This document shows, piece after piece, positions 19,033 to 29,422 of a stretch of 64,000 nucleotides of DNA. The translations under genes were made by a program, and so were the position numbers. The stretch covers positions 1,024,001-1,088,000 of the forward strand of contig CAXXVS010000001.1 of NCBI GenBank assembly GCA_963674755.2, in the 5' to 3' direction. Numbering within the stretch: position 1 is the stretch's first letter; every line of letters begins with the position of its first letter. The notes under the pieces were generated by a model. The model was given only the letters and a program-made list of their open reading frames with translations, had not been told where the DNA came from and did no database searches. This stretch comes from Desulfobacterales bacterium (GTDB lineage Bacteria; Desulfobacterota; Desulfobacteria; Desulfobacterales; UBA5852).

Positions 19033-20379
19033 TTGCTGTCACCGTTCCTGCGATCCATTTTTCCCGAGCCCCTGAGACCGCAAGCCGCGTCCCGGGGCCG
19101 GCGGTTTTTGCTGAAAAACCTGGCGCTGCATTTTCGGCCCACCACGGTGCCCCGGGAGACCCTGCGGTTTTCCCTCACCTGGGGGCTGGGGGGCATGGCC
19201 GCGACACTGGTTTTCCTTCAGCTGGCGAGTGGCATCCTCCTCAAGTTCGTCTATGAGCCCACACCGGTGGCGGCCTACGCCTCCATCCAGGCGCTCATGA
19301 CCGATCTTCCTTTCGGCGGGCTCGTGCGCAACCTGCATTACTGGTGCGCCCATCTCCTGGTGGCCGTGATCCTCCTGCACCTGCTGCGGGTCTTTTTCAC
19401 CGGGGCCTTTCATCCGCCCCGCCAATTCAACTGGGTTGTCGGACTGGGCCTGCTCGGTATCGTTCTGAGTGCCAACTTCACGGGCTATCTGCTGCCCTAT
19501 GACCAGCTCGCCTACTGGGCGGTGACGGTTTCCACCGGGATGCTGGAATACGTTCCGCTGATCGGGGATTATTTGCAGGCCTTGATCCGGGGAGGGCGGG
19601 AAATCGGTCCCCAGACGCTGCAGACGTTTTACGCCCTGCATACCGCGGTCCTTCCCATCCTGCTGTTCGGTCTGATGGCGTTTCATTTCTGGCGGGTCCG
19701 CAAAGCCCGGGGCCTTGTGGTGCCGCGGCCGCCGGAAGCGTCGGTGGATGCAAGACCCGATTCGGCGCCGACGGTGCCGGATCTCCTGGTGCGCGAAATC
19801 GCCGTAGCCCTCGCCCTGACGGCAGTCGTGCTGCTGCTGGCGGCCTTGATCGAGGCCCCCCTGGGCGATCCGGCCAACCCCGGTCTGAGTCCCAACCCCA
19901 CCCGGGCGCCCTGGTATTTTGCCGGACTGCAGGAGCTCTTGCTGCACCTCCATCCGGCCTTTGCGGTCTGGGTGGTGCCATCCCTGGTGGTGCTCGGGCT
20001 GATGGCGATTCCCTATCTCACCTATCCGGCCGACACGGGGGGTATCTGGTTTGTGTCCCGTCCCGGTCGGAAGACGGCGGTCATGGCCGCCCTGACGGGA
20101 ATGATCGTGACACCGCTGCTGATCCTGGCCGACGAGTGGCGCTCGGCGGTCAGGCCGTTGTGGGATATGCCGCCGGTCGTGAGCAATGGCGTGCTGCCGA
20201 CGGTAGCGCTGCTGGCCGTTCTGGGAGGGTTCTACGTGTTTCTGAAAAAGCGCTATGGCGCGACGGCGAACGAGGTCGTCCAGTCCATGGTTACACTGGT
20301 GATGACCGCCTACGGAGTGCTGACCATTACCGGTGTCTGGTTTCGGGGCGCCGGCATGACCCTGACGGTTCCCTGGTGA
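19033..20379 (+). CDS. Cytochrome b of a Rieske/cytochrome b complex (b6 and subunit IV regions fused)
   Basis: RNLHYWCAH..LHLLRVF, FTGYLLPYDQLAYWA, FYALH...AFH heme ligands; APWY at the PEWY position. Confidence 0.9.
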   Translation: MLSPFLRSIFPEPLRPQAASRGRRFLLKNLALHFRPTTVPRETLRFSLTWGLGGMAATLVFLQLASGILLKFVYEPTPVAAYASIQALMTDLPFGGLVRNLHYWCAHLLVAVILLHLLRVFFTGAFHPPRQFNWVVGLGLLGIVLSANFTGYLLPYDQLAYWAVTVSTGMLEYVPLIGDYLQALIRGGREIGPQTLQTFYALHTAVLPILLFGLMAFHFWRVRKARGLVVPRPPEASVDARPDSAPTVPDLLVREIAVALALTAVVLLLAALIEAPLGDPANPGLSPNPTRAPWYFAGLQELLLHLHPAFAVWVVPSLVVLGLMAIPYLTYPADTGGIWFVSRPGRKTAVMAALTGMIVTPLLILADEWRSAVRPLWDMPPVVSNGVLPTVALLAVLGGFYVFLKKRYGATANEVVQSMVTLVMTAYGVLTITGVWFRGAGMTLTVPW

Positions 20380-20396
20380 TGCGGCGGGAGGTGAGG

Positions 20397-20921
20397 ATGC
20401 ACGCGAAAAAAGAAAAGCCTGTGGCCGAGGAGATCGCCGCGCCGCGCCGGGATTTTCTGTCCTTGTTGTGGGCCGCCCTGGGGCTTGGCGCCCTCGCGGA
20501 GATGATCTGGGTGGCTGGCTCGTTCCTGCGCTCCGGAAAGGGCCAGCGGGCGGGCGGGACAGGGGATACCATCATCGCCGCCGGGGCGGTGACGGCTTTT
20601 CAGCCCGGGACGGTGACGGCCTTTCCCCGGGGACGGTTTTACCTGACCCGGCTGGCCGACGGCGGGTTTCTGGCCCTGTCGCGGCGCTGCCCGCACCTGG
20701 GATGCACGCTGCCCTGGGTCGCGGAAGAAAAGCAGTTCCTGTGCCCCTGCCATTCATCGGCCTTCGATATCCGGGGCGACCTGATCCGCTCACCGGCGCC
20801 CCGGGGCATGGACCTGTACCCGGTGGCCATTGAAAACGCCATTGTCAAAGTCGACACGGCGCGGGTTCTCCGGCGCGACCGGCTTTCGGAGATCCCGGTG
20901 GCCTATCCGCCCAAAGCTTGA
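20397..20921 (+). CDS. Rieske [2Fe-2S] subunit
   Basis: Tat motif RRDFL plus TM; CPHLGC and CPCH. Confidence 0.92.
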   Translation: MHAKKEKPVAEEIAAPRRDFLSLLWAALGLGALAEMIWVAGSFLRSGKGQRAGGTGDTIIAAGAVTAFQPGTVTAFPRGRFYLTRLADGGFLALSRRCPHLGCTLPWVAEEKQFLCPCHSSAFDIRGDLIRSPAPRGMDLYPVAIENAIVKVDTARVLRRDRLSEIPVAYPPKA

Positions 20922-20940
20922 GCGCAACGAATTACCGCCC

Positions 20941-23253
20941 ATGAGCTCTAATACCAACCACGCCTGGAAGATCGCCGCTTTTATCGCGACCCTGGTTATC
21001 GTGGCGACCATACCGCTCTACCATGCCTGGCATCAGGCCTTGCCTCCGGGCAGCCGGGTGGAGGGTGCTCCGTCGGCGGCCTTCGTCGGCAGCGAGGCCT
21101 GCCGGGACTGCCACCGGCCGGAATACGACAAGTGGGCCGACTCCCATCACCGCTGGGCCATGGAAACGGCCACCCCCAAGACGGTCCGGGGGAATTTCAA
21201 CGACGTGACCGTCGACTATTTCGGAAAACCGACCCGCTTCTATAGGCGGGACGGCAAATACTATGTGCATACCCAGGGCCCGGCCGGCCGGCCGGGCGAA
21301 TTTGAAGTCACCTACACCTTCGGCTGGTACCCGCTCCAGCAATACCTGGTGCCTTTCCCGGGCGGCCGTCTGCAATGCCTGCCCTTTGCCTGGGACGTGG
21401 ATGGGCAGCGCTGGTATCCTCTCTATCCCAAGGCGCCCCTGGACCCCAAGGACTGGCTCTACTGGACCAACAACGGCCAGAACTGGAACGGCATGTGCGC
21501 CGAATGCCACTCCACGGACCTGAAAAAAAATTACGACTATAAGACCGACACCTACGCCACCACCTGGTCGGAAATCAGCGTGGGCTGCGAGGCCTGCCAC
21601 GGGCCGGGCGCAGCCCATGTCCAATGGGCCCAACTGCCGGAAATGGGGCGCCCCGAGACGGCCAATGCCGCGTTGACCGTCACGACCCGGGATCTCACCT
21701 CCCGGCAGCAGATCGAATTGTGCGCGCCCTGCCACTCCCGCCGCATGTCGTTGGACGACAATATCCACCGGCATGCCGATTTTCTCGACTATGGCGTACC
21801 GCAACTCCTGAACGAGGGGCTCTATTTCCCGGACGGGCAGATCCTGGACGAAGTCTACGTGTACGGATCCTTCATGCAGAGCAAGATGTATGCGCGCGGG
21901 GTGCGCTGCAGCGACTGCCACGACGTCCACAGCATCCGCCGCATCAAGGACGGCAACGCGCTTTGCCTGCAATGCCACCGGGCGGCAGTCTACGACCAGC
22001 CCAAACACCATTTCCACAAAAAGTCGGGGGAAGCGGGCGATCCCATCCGGTCGCCGTCCGGGGAGGTGCTCTTCGAGGTGGGCAGCGGCGCCCAATGCGA
22101 AGCCTGCCACATGCCCGGACGCGTCTACATGGGCATCGACTATCGCCCGGACCACAGTTTCCGTATCCCGCGGCCGGATCTTACGCTGGCCATGGGCACC
22201 CCCAACGCCTGCGACCGCTGCCACGTGGACAAGCCCACCCAGTGGTCGGTGGACGCCATGGCCAAATGGTACGGGCGGACATGGCGCCCCCATTACGGCC
22301 AGATTCTCCAGGCCGGCCGGCAGCAGCAGCCGGAGGCGGCCGCCGAATTGGCATCCCTGGCCCAGGATCGACTCTACCCCACCATCGTGCGGGCCACGGC
22401 CCTGGCCGAGTTGGCCGCCTATGAGGGCGCAACCGTCCGCAAGGCGTTTACCGCGGCCCTGACCGATGAGGAATCCCTGATGCGTCAGACCGCGGTGCGC
22501 CATCTGCCTGTACGGGATCCTGCCGAGCGTCTCAAGCTGCTTACGCCCCTGCTCTACGATCCGGTGCGGGCGGTGCGCATCGAGGCGGCCGGCATCGTGG
22601 CCGAGCTTCATCCCGACACCCTGCCCGCCGATACGCGGCGCCAGTTTGACAAGGCGCTGGCCGAGTATCGGCATGCCATGGAGCGCACTGCCGATTTTGC
22701 CGCCTCACGCCACAATCTGGGCAATCTCGCGCGCAGCCGGGGGCACTTCCAGGAAGCGGAGGAGCAGTACCGCAAAGCGATTGCCATCGATGACCAGTTT
22801 TATCCGGCCAAGGTGAATCTGGCCATGCTCTACAACCAACTCGGGCGCAACGGAGAGGCTGAAAGGCTTTTGCAGGACGTGCTGCAGCAGCATCCCGACC
22901 TCTATGAACTCCAATACTCGCTGGGGCTGCTGCTGGCGGAGCAGCAGCGCTGGGCAGAAGCCGCCGTTCACCTTGAACAGGCTGCGGCGGGCCTCCCCCG
23001 GCGCGCACGCATTCACTACAACCTGGGCCTGCTCCTGCAAAAGCTCAACCGTGACGGCGAGGCGGAAAAGGCCCTGCAGGCGGCCCTGGCCCTGGAACCC
23101 CGGGATCCGGATTTCCTCTATGCCCTGGCGGTTTTCTACCTTGACCGCGGCAACCGGGAAAAGGCCCGGGCGATGGCCGAGCGGCTGACGACAGTGGACC
23201 CCGGTTCACCGGCCGGCCGGCAATTGCTCGAAATCATCGAGATGAATCAATAA
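20941..23253 (+). CDS. Octaheme c-type cytochrome with HEAT and TPR repeats
   Basis: N-terminal TM; eight CxxCH motifs; C-terminal HEAT-like and TPR repeats. Confidence 0.88.
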   Translation: MSSNTNHAWKIAAFIATLVIVATIPLYHAWHQALPPGSRVEGAPSAAFVGSEACRDCHRPEYDKWADSHHRWAMETATPKTVRGNFNDVTVDYFGKPTRFYRRDGKYYVHTQGPAGRPGEFEVTYTFGWYPLQQYLVPFPGGRLQCLPFAWDVDGQRWYPLYPKAPLDPKDWLYWTNNGQNWNGMCAECHSTDLKKNYDYKTDTYATTWSEISVGCEACHGPGAAHVQWAQLPEMGRPETANAALTVTTRDLTSRQQIELCAPCHSRRMSLDDNIHRHADFLDYGVPQLLNEGLYFPDGQILDEVYVYGSFMQSKMYARGVRCSDCHDVHSIRRIKDGNALCLQCHRAAVYDQPKHHFHKKSGEAGDPIRSPSGEVLFEVGSGAQCEACHMPGRVYMGIDYRPDHSFRIPRPDLTLAMGTPNACDRCHVDKPTQWSVDAMAKWYGRTWRPHYGQILQAGRQQQPEAAAELASLAQDRLYPTIVRATALAELAAYEGATVRKAFTAALTDEESLMRQTAVRHLPVRDPAERLKLLTPLLYDPVRAVRIEAAGIVAELHPDTLPADTRRQFDKALAEYRHAMERTADFAASRHNLGNLARSRGHFQEAEEQYRKAIAIDDQFYPAKVNLAMLYNQLGRNGEAERLLQDVLQQHPDLYELQYSLGLLLAEQQRWAEAAVHLEQAAAGLPRRARIHYNLGLLLQKLNRDGEAEKALQAALALEPRDPDFLYALAVFYLDRGNREKARAMAERLTTVDPGSPAGRQLLEIIEMNQ

Positions 23254-23291
23254 ATTTGGGACCGGTGTGACGGGACCCGGCTGCCTTTGCC

Positions 23292-24065
23292 ATGGCACTT
23301 CCCGATGAGACCCCGTCCAGGAATGGTTTTATGCCGCACATGTTTATCAACCGCCCCCGGATCCATGACCTTACCAAGGACCGCTCCGACATCCGGGCTC
23401 ATTTTCGCTGGGAAACCATCAACGCCGTCCTTTACAAAATTGGCGGGTTCGTGTTCATCCTCGGCAGTCTGCTTTTTTTCCCGCAATTCAAAGCTTACGC
23501 AGACGTGGGGGCCTGGACCTTCTTTTTCGGCTCCCTGCTCTACCTCGTGGTCACCGTGCATGATCTGGTGGAGGTCCGTCAAAACTGGCGCCATCACTGC
23601 CACCATAACCGGGACAAGGTTCTGGAATATCTGGCCGCCGCCAGCTATGTCGGGGGTACGATTCTCTTCACCGTGGGAAGTCTCTTTTTTCTATCCATGA
23701 TCGGGTGGTTTGCGGCGGGGGCCTGGTGTTTTATCGTCGGCAGCCTGCTGTTTGTTTTGGGAGCCTGCGTCAATGTGCTGCAAATCGTGCAGGCCAGCAC
23801 CCTGGTTACATTGCAGCTCATGAATCTAACGGCCGTAACCTTTGTGATCGGGGCGGTTCTGTTTACGGTGGCTTCGATCCCCTATCTCTGGAAGGTCACC
23901 AACCCATCCCTCAAAACGACTCTGTACGCCTTCCTGGCCTGGCAGTATCTGATCGGCAGTATGCTTTTCCTGCTAGGCGGGGTGTTCAACTACTGGCGGG
24001 CCTATATGGTCATGCGCGAAGCGATCCGCCGCCAAAAGGGAGTTTGGGGGTCGGGCGCTAACTAA
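23292..24065 (+). CDS. YrhK-like membrane protein
   Basis: About six TM helices with repeated FxxGSLLF motifs. Confidence 0.7.
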   Translation: MALPDETPSRNGFMPHMFINRPRIHDLTKDRSDIRAHFRWETINAVLYKIGGFVFILGSLLFFPQFKAYADVGAWTFFFGSLLYLVVTVHDLVEVRQNWRHHCHHNRDKVLEYLAAASYVGGTILFTVGSLFFLSMIGWFAAGAWCFIVGSLLFVLGACVNVLQIVQASTLVTLQLMNLTAVTFVIGAVLFTVASIPYLWKVTNPSLKTTLYAFLAWQYLIGSMLFLLGGVFNYWRAYMVMREAIRRQKGVWGSGAN

Positions 24066-24113
24066 ACGATAACGGGCGGTTGGCCAAACGACCCGCAATG
24101 AAAGGAATCCGCC

Positions 24114-24524
24114 TTGTCTGAAAGCAACAAAAAGCTCGTACGCAAGCTATACGAGGCGTTCTGGAACCGTGCCGACTGGTCCCTGGCCGACGACATCCTC
24201 CACGCGGATTACGTCGGGTATATCGCCCACGTGCCGGAACCGCTGCGGGGCCCGGAAGCCTTCAAGCATCTGGCGGCCCTGTTCCATGCCTTTTTCCCGG
24301 ATCTGCACTTTACGCTGGAGGACCAGATCGCCGAGGGCGACCGGGTGGCCTCCCGCTGGACCGCCCGTTCGCACCATTTCGGCCCCCAGCAGATGATTAA
24401 CGGCATCAGCATTCACCGCCTGGAGGGCGGCCGGGTGGCCGAGACCTGGGACAACTGGGATGCGATCGGCCTTTTGCAGGGTGCCGGGCCGGACCTGTTC
24501 GAACGTATCGGCCTGAGCCTGTGA
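24114..24524 (+). CDS. SnoaL-like ester cyclase / NTF2-like protein
   Basis: NKKLVRKLYE, FPDLHFTLEDQIAEGDRVASRW. Confidence 0.85.
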   Translation: MSESNKKLVRKLYEAFWNRADWSLADDILHADYVGYIAHVPEPLRGPEAFKHLAALFHAFFPDLHFTLEDQIAEGDRVASRWTARSHHFGPQQMINGISIHRLEGGRVAETWDNWDAIGLLQGAGPDLFERIGLSL

Positions 24525-24637
24525 GCTGACGTTACGCGCCCTGCGCGATCCGGAAGACCCTCCGTCGGATCACCCCAGGTCATTCTATTTTTAAAACGGC
24601 GACTTCGCCGCACCACCAGAACGCCAAAGAAAGCCCC

Positions 24638-26815
24638 ATGACGACGGACACCCCTTATATTACCGCAGATGTTGAAGACGGCATCGATCGCCTGATTCAA
24701 AAAGTCGGCCGGCGGATCGTTATGGCCCTGCCCATCGGGCTGGGGAAGCCCTGCCGGATCGTGAACGCCCTCTACCGCCGGGTGGCCGAAAACCCCGAGC
24801 TGCACCTGACCATCATGACCGGGCTTAACCTCGGGCGGCCCCGGCCTCACAACGACCTGGAAAGGCGTTTCATGGATCCCCTGATGGAACGCGTTTTCGG
24901 CGACTACCCGGAACTGGCCTACCTGGAACCCCTGGCCAAGGGCACGCTGCCGGATAATATCGAAATCCGGCAATTTTTTCTGACGCCCGGCAAGAGTCTG
25001 AACCATGCCGCCGAGCAACGCTCCTATATCAGCAGCAATTACACCCATGTGGTGCGGGACGTGATGGCCATGGGCGCCAATGCCTGCGCCCAGATGCTGT
25101 CCCGGGAGGAAATCGACGGCCAAACCGCCTACAGCCTGGGCTGCAACGCCGACCTTTCCCACGAACTGATCGCCCAATTGCGGGCCCGGGAGCGCCAGGG
25201 GCAGCCGGTGGCCATTTTAGCCGAAATCAACGCCAACCTGCCGTTCATGGTCAATGACGCGCTCCTGGCGCCCGCCGATCTGGACCTGGTGCTGGACCAT
25301 CCCTCCTGCACCTACACGCTGCCCGGTCCCCCCAACCTGGCCGTCGAGCGGGCGGACCACGTCATCGGCCTGCTGGCCAGCACCCTGATCCGGGATGGCG
25401 GCACCCTGCAGATCGGCATCGGCTCCCTGGGGGACGCCATTGCCTATGCCACACGGCTGCGGCATCGGGACAACGCCGCCTATCACGGGCTGTTGGCGGC
25501 TCTGGATATCGAAGAGAAGTTCGGGGAGGCCATCGCCGCCATGGGCGGGCTGGAGTCATTTGACAAAGGACTCTACGGCGCCAGCGAGATGTTCATCAAC
25601 GGATTCTGGGAGCTCTACCGCAGCGGTGTCCTGAAGCGGGCGGTCTATATGGATGCGACCCTCCAGCGGCTCCTGAACGAAGGGCGCCTTCAGCCCGCCT
25701 TCGGCCCGGATATTCTGGCGGTCCTCCTGGAGGCGGGAGCCATCTCTTCGCCGCTGAGCGAAGACAATGTGGCCTGGCTCAAGCAATTCGGTATCTTTCA
25801 CCCTGCGGTCGCTTACGACAACGGCATCCTGCGTGTGGCGCCCGACCTGCGGATGGATCCCGATGTCAGGACACCGGCCGCCCGGGACGCCATTGGCCGG
25901 CACTGTCTCGGGACCCGCCTGAAGGGGGGCATCGTCATGCACGGCGGGTTTTTCCTGGGACCCCACAGCTTCTACGACGCCCTGCGCCACATGGGGCGCG
26001 CCGAACGCGAGCAATTCTCCATGACCAGCGTCATGTTCGTCAATCAGCTCTACGCCCAGCCGACCCTGGCGGCCCTGCAGCGCATCGAGGCCCGCTTTTG
26101 CAACACCGGCATGATGGCCACCCTGGGTGGGGCGGTCTGCTCCGACGGGCTGGAGGACGGCCGTGTGGTCAGCGGGGTCGGCGGGCAGTATAACTTTGTG
26201 GCCATGGCCCACGAGCTGGCCGGAGCCCGTTCCATCCTGATGCTGCGCAGCACCCGCACCACCCGGGGCAAGGTCACATCGAACATTTTGCCCCGCTACG
26301 GCCACACCACCATCCCCCGCCATCTGCGGGACGTGGTGATCACCGAGTACGGGATTGCCGACCTGCGGGGGCGGACCGACCGGGAGGTTGTGGCCGCCAT
26401 GCTGAACATCGCTGACGCCCGTTTTCAGGAAGAGCTGCTGAAAAGCGCCACGGCCAGCGGCAAGCTGCCCAAAGATTACCGCATACCGGATGCCTTCCGG
26501 AGCAACCGGCCGGAACGCCTGGCCGACCAGCTGGCCGATGTCGAAAGGCAGGGGCTTCTGCCGGCCTTTCCCTTCGGGACCGACCTGACGGAGGTTGAGA
26601 TCGCCCTGGGCCGTGCGCTGCAGGGGCTCAAATCCAGGATGGGATCGGCGGGCGGTTTGGCCGGGGCCGCGATCCAGGCCCTGGAGGTGCGCACAGTGCC
26701 CGAGGCGGCCTCCCCCCACCTGGAGCGCATGGGACTGGCGGCCCCGGAAACCCTGGCGGAGAAAGTCGCCCAACGGATGATTGTTGCGCAGTTGATGGCC
26801 GAGGGGATTGTTTGA
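24638..26815 (+). CDS. Acetyl-CoA hydrolase/transferase family protein
   Basis: DGGTLQIGIG, VSGVGGQYNFV, RHLRDVVITEYGIADLRG. Confidence 0.88.
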   Translation: MTTDTPYITADVEDGIDRLIQKVGRRIVMALPIGLGKPCRIVNALYRRVAENPELHLTIMTGLNLGRPRPHNDLERRFMDPLMERVFGDYPELAYLEPLAKGTLPDNIEIRQFFLTPGKSLNHAAEQRSYISSNYTHVVRDVMAMGANACAQMLSREEIDGQTAYSLGCNADLSHELIAQLRARERQGQPVAILAEINANLPFMVNDALLAPADLDLVLDHPSCTYTLPGPPNLAVERADHVIGLLASTLIRDGGTLQIGIGSLGDAIAYATRLRHRDNAAYHGLLAALDIEEKFGEAIAAMGGLESFDKGLYGASEMFINGFWELYRSGVLKRAVYMDATLQRLLNEGRLQPAFGPDILAVLLEAGAISSPLSEDNVAWLKQFGIFHPAVAYDNGILRVAPDLRMDPDVRTPAARDAIGRHCLGTRLKGGIVMHGGFFLGPHSFYDALRHMGRAEREQFSMTSVMFVNQLYAQPTLAALQRIEARFCNTGMMATLGGAVCSDGLEDGRVVSGVGGQYNFVAMAHELAGARSILMLRSTRTTRGKVTSNILPRYGHTTIPRHLRDVVITEYGIADLRGRTDREVVAAMLNIADARFQEELLKSATASGKLPKDYRIPDAFRSNRPERLADQLADVERQGLLPAFPFGTDLTEVEIALGRALQGLKSRMGSAGGLAGAAIQALEVRTVPEAASPHLERMGLAAPETLAEKVAQRMIVAQLMAEGIV

Positions 26816-26905
26816 CCGCCGCCGATCGGCAACGACCGCACCTATTATGTCTCTTTTCACCTGGCAGTATGCGATATCCTTATTTAGGGCCTTACGGGGG
26901 GCGTC

Positions 26906-28114
26906 ATGTATGAGAATCTGGCGTTGATAGGGGCTTTTGTCTTTTTCTACAGTATCATGGGCGGTGGTATCGAACGCACGCCGGTCAATGGCGCGATCGT
27001 TTTTACGGGCTTCGGTCTCGTCTTCGGTCCATTAGGATTAAATGTGCTGACGCTGGAAGCGGATTTCCACGCGTTGAGCTTCCTGGCCGAAATGACCCTG
27101 GCCCTGGTGCTCTTTACGGATGCCGCCAATGCCAATCTGCGCGAATTGGAGCATTCCTTTCACATCCCCCAGCGGTTGTTGCTGATAGGCCTGCCGTTGA
27201 CCATCGTGCTGGGTGTCGGTGCCGGGGTTCTGCTTTTCGACGGATTGGGAATCCTGGAGATCGCCATCCTCGCAACCATGCTGGCGCCCACCGATGCGGC
27301 CCTGGGCAAAGCCGTGGTCACCGACGAATCGGTGCCCGCCAACATCCGCGAAGCCCTGAATGTGGAAAGCGGTCTCAATGACGGTATTTGTGTGCCGATC
27401 CTGTTTATCCTGCTGGCACTGGCCGAACGCACGGCAGGGGCGGGGGAGACGACCATGATGGCGCTGCGGCTGGTGACGGAGTCCATCGGCATCGGGGCGG
27501 CCATCGGTGTCGGGCTGACCGTTTGCGGGGTGGGTTTGCTCAAGATGTGTGCCGACCGCGGCTGGATCACCGAGACTTGGCGTCAGCTTCCGGTTCCCGC
27601 CCTGGCGGTGACGTGCTTTGCCGTGGCCCAATGGCTCGGCGGCAGTGGCTTCATTGCCTGTTTCGTAGGGGGCCTGCTCTTCGGCGGTCTTGAAAAGCAA
27701 CACAAACACAGACTGCTGCTGGCCGCCGAGGGCACCGGCGACACCCTGGCCCTGATTACCTGGGTGGTGTTCGGTGCGGTGGTGGTGGGCCAATCCATCG
27801 GTGCCTTCAATTGGAAGGTGGTGCTCTACGCGCTGCTCAGCCTTACAGCGGTACGCATGCTGCCGGTTTTCCTGGCGCTGGGCGGTATGGCGCTGCGGAC
27901 GGACGAAAAGCTCTTCATGGGCTGGTTCGGGCCCCGGGGGCTGGCCAGCATCGTATTCGCCGTGATCGTGATGAACGCCCATCTGCCCGGCGGTGCGACC
28001 ATGGCGATGACGGTGGTCTGCACCATTTTGTTGAGCATCATCGGTCACGGCCTCAGCGCTCATCCTCTGGTGGCCGTATTGGCAAGGAGGTTAAGGGGAC
28101 CCAAAACCGCTTGA
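26906..28114 (+). CDS. Cation:proton antiporter (CPA1/NhaP-like)
   Basis: LAPTDAALG, ESGLNDG, WFGPRGLAS; many TM helices. Confidence 0.9.
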   Translation: MYENLALIGAFVFFYSIMGGGIERTPVNGAIVFTGFGLVFGPLGLNVLTLEADFHALSFLAEMTLALVLFTDAANANLRELEHSFHIPQRLLLIGLPLTIVLGVGAGVLLFDGLGILEIAILATMLAPTDAALGKAVVTDESVPANIREALNVESGLNDGICVPILFILLALAERTAGAGETTMMALRLVTESIGIGAAIGVGLTVCGVGLLKMCADRGWITETWRQLPVPALAVTCFAVAQWLGGSGFIACFVGGLLFGGLEKQHKHRLLLAAEGTGDTLALITWVVFGAVVVGQSIGAFNWKVVLYALLSLTAVRMLPVFLALGGMALRTDEKLFMGWFGPRGLASIVFAVIVMNAHLPGGATMAMTVVCTILLSIIGHGLSAHPLVAVLARRLRGPKTA

Positions 28115-28326
28115 CAGCCTAAATGTTAATACGTCCTTGTATTCTCTTCGGGTAGAAAGGCTCAATATGCCGACCGAATCGGACACTCCCACGCATCCAG
28201 GAAGACTACCCATGACCGATACCATCGAGACCCACGAACCGAAGGAACTGATACGGTCCGTTTTTTCGCCGACCCCGCCCCACCGCTAACCGGCCGCCGA
28301 CGCGCGGCCTCCCTGCAGCAAATAAA

Positions 28327-28355
28327 GGCCAACCTCTTCATTGAAGCGGTTGGCC
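28327..28355. terminator. Hairpin between convergent genes
   Basis: GGCCAACC...GGTTGGCC with inner CTTCA/TGAAG. Confidence 0.5.
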
Positions 28356-28408
28356 CTTGGTGTCGTTGGCGGGAGATTGGCCGGACTTCCGCGGCGATCG
28401 CCGCTGCT

Positions 28409-29419
28409 TTACAAAGTGGGCTCGGTCACCGGCGTCCAGCTGTCGTCGGGATCGTAAGCCGTGATCCCTTCGGCCAGGGCGGGGGTCTTTTCCCCCAGAT
28501 CTTTCTGGTAGACGATGCCCCGCTGGTTGACCATGAAGGTCATGACGCCGGATTTGCCGTAGGCGGCCGGATAGGCCAGCAGCCCGAAACCGCGGGTCAG
28601 GCGGCCCTTGACGATGTAGGACAGGGCCCCTCCCGGGACGTGTGCGCCCTGGGCGGTCAGGATGCGATAGACGTATCCATGGTAGGGAATGGGTTTGTCC
28701 GATGAGGTTTTGAAATACCCTTCCTCCTCCGCCTTGGCCGCCAGAGGACCCAGAGGACTTTGCGGCTCGCCGGGCGCCACCGGCCAGTAAAGGCCGTCCC
28801 TTTGCCCCGCGCTGCTCTTGAAGTGCTGGGCGAACTGCCGACCCGATTGCCCGGTGGGGTTTTGGGCGGCGTATTCGAACTGGGCGTCTACGTAGGCCCG
28901 CATGGTGGCAATGGTGCGGAGTTCGTCGCGGCCGATGCGCAGATCCTCAACCACCTCCACGCCGGCGGGCGTGTCGAACCGCCAGCCGTCCCTCTCTTTG
29001 ACGATGGGGATGGGCAGGCGCCAATCTTTGGGACCGACGTCCATGTAGGCGACGTTGTCGTCGGCGTAAACGATGCGATGATGCGATCGCGCGGCCGCCA
29101 CGAAGTTTTTCCGATCAGCGGCATCGGCCACCGGGTCCCCCGATCCGAGCTGATCGGCGTCAGGCCCCAGCACGGCCTGGATGGCGTGCCGGTCCCCCGT
29201 CGCCAGGGCGTCGAGCAGGCCCTGGGCCGCCGCTTCGGGCGTGGCGTATGACTGCTGGAGAGTGTGCGCGGTTTCCGGTGCGACGGTTGGGCGGCCGGCA
29301 CTGCTGCAGGCCCACATGGCGGCCAATACCACCATCACCAGCCACCAATGCCATTTCTTAGTAAGGCTTGGGATCATCAGGAAGTCCTCCCACAGGGATA
29401 TTCGATAGGTCATTTTCAT
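28409..29419 (-). CDS. DUF2950 family exported protein
   Basis: WRFDT..G...RIGRDEL, DGLYW, PYHGYVYRILTAQG, YGKSGVMTFMVN. Confidence 0.85.
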   Translation of the reverse strand: MKMTYRISLWEDFLMIPSLTKKWHWWLVMVVLAAMWACSSAGRPTVAPETAHTLQQSYATPEAAAQGLLDALATGDRHAIQAVLGPDADQLGSGDPVADAADRKNFVAAARSHHRIVYADDNVAYMDVGPKDWRLPIPIVKERDGWRFDTPAGVEVVEDLRIGRDELRTIATMRAYVDAQFEYAAQNPTGQSGRQFAQHFKSSAGQRDGLYWPVAPGEPQSPLGPLAAKAEEEGYFKTSSDKPIPYHGYVYRILTAQGAHVPGGALSYIVKGRLTRGFGLLAYPAAYGKSGVMTFMVNQRGIVYQKDLGEKTPALAEGITAYDPDDSWTPVTEPTL

Positions 29420-29422
29420 GGC

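Noticed and set aside
28167..28289. 40-codon ORF with an AGAAAGG SD-like sequence
   Set aside because: It has no motif or other support and may be chance or a remnant.
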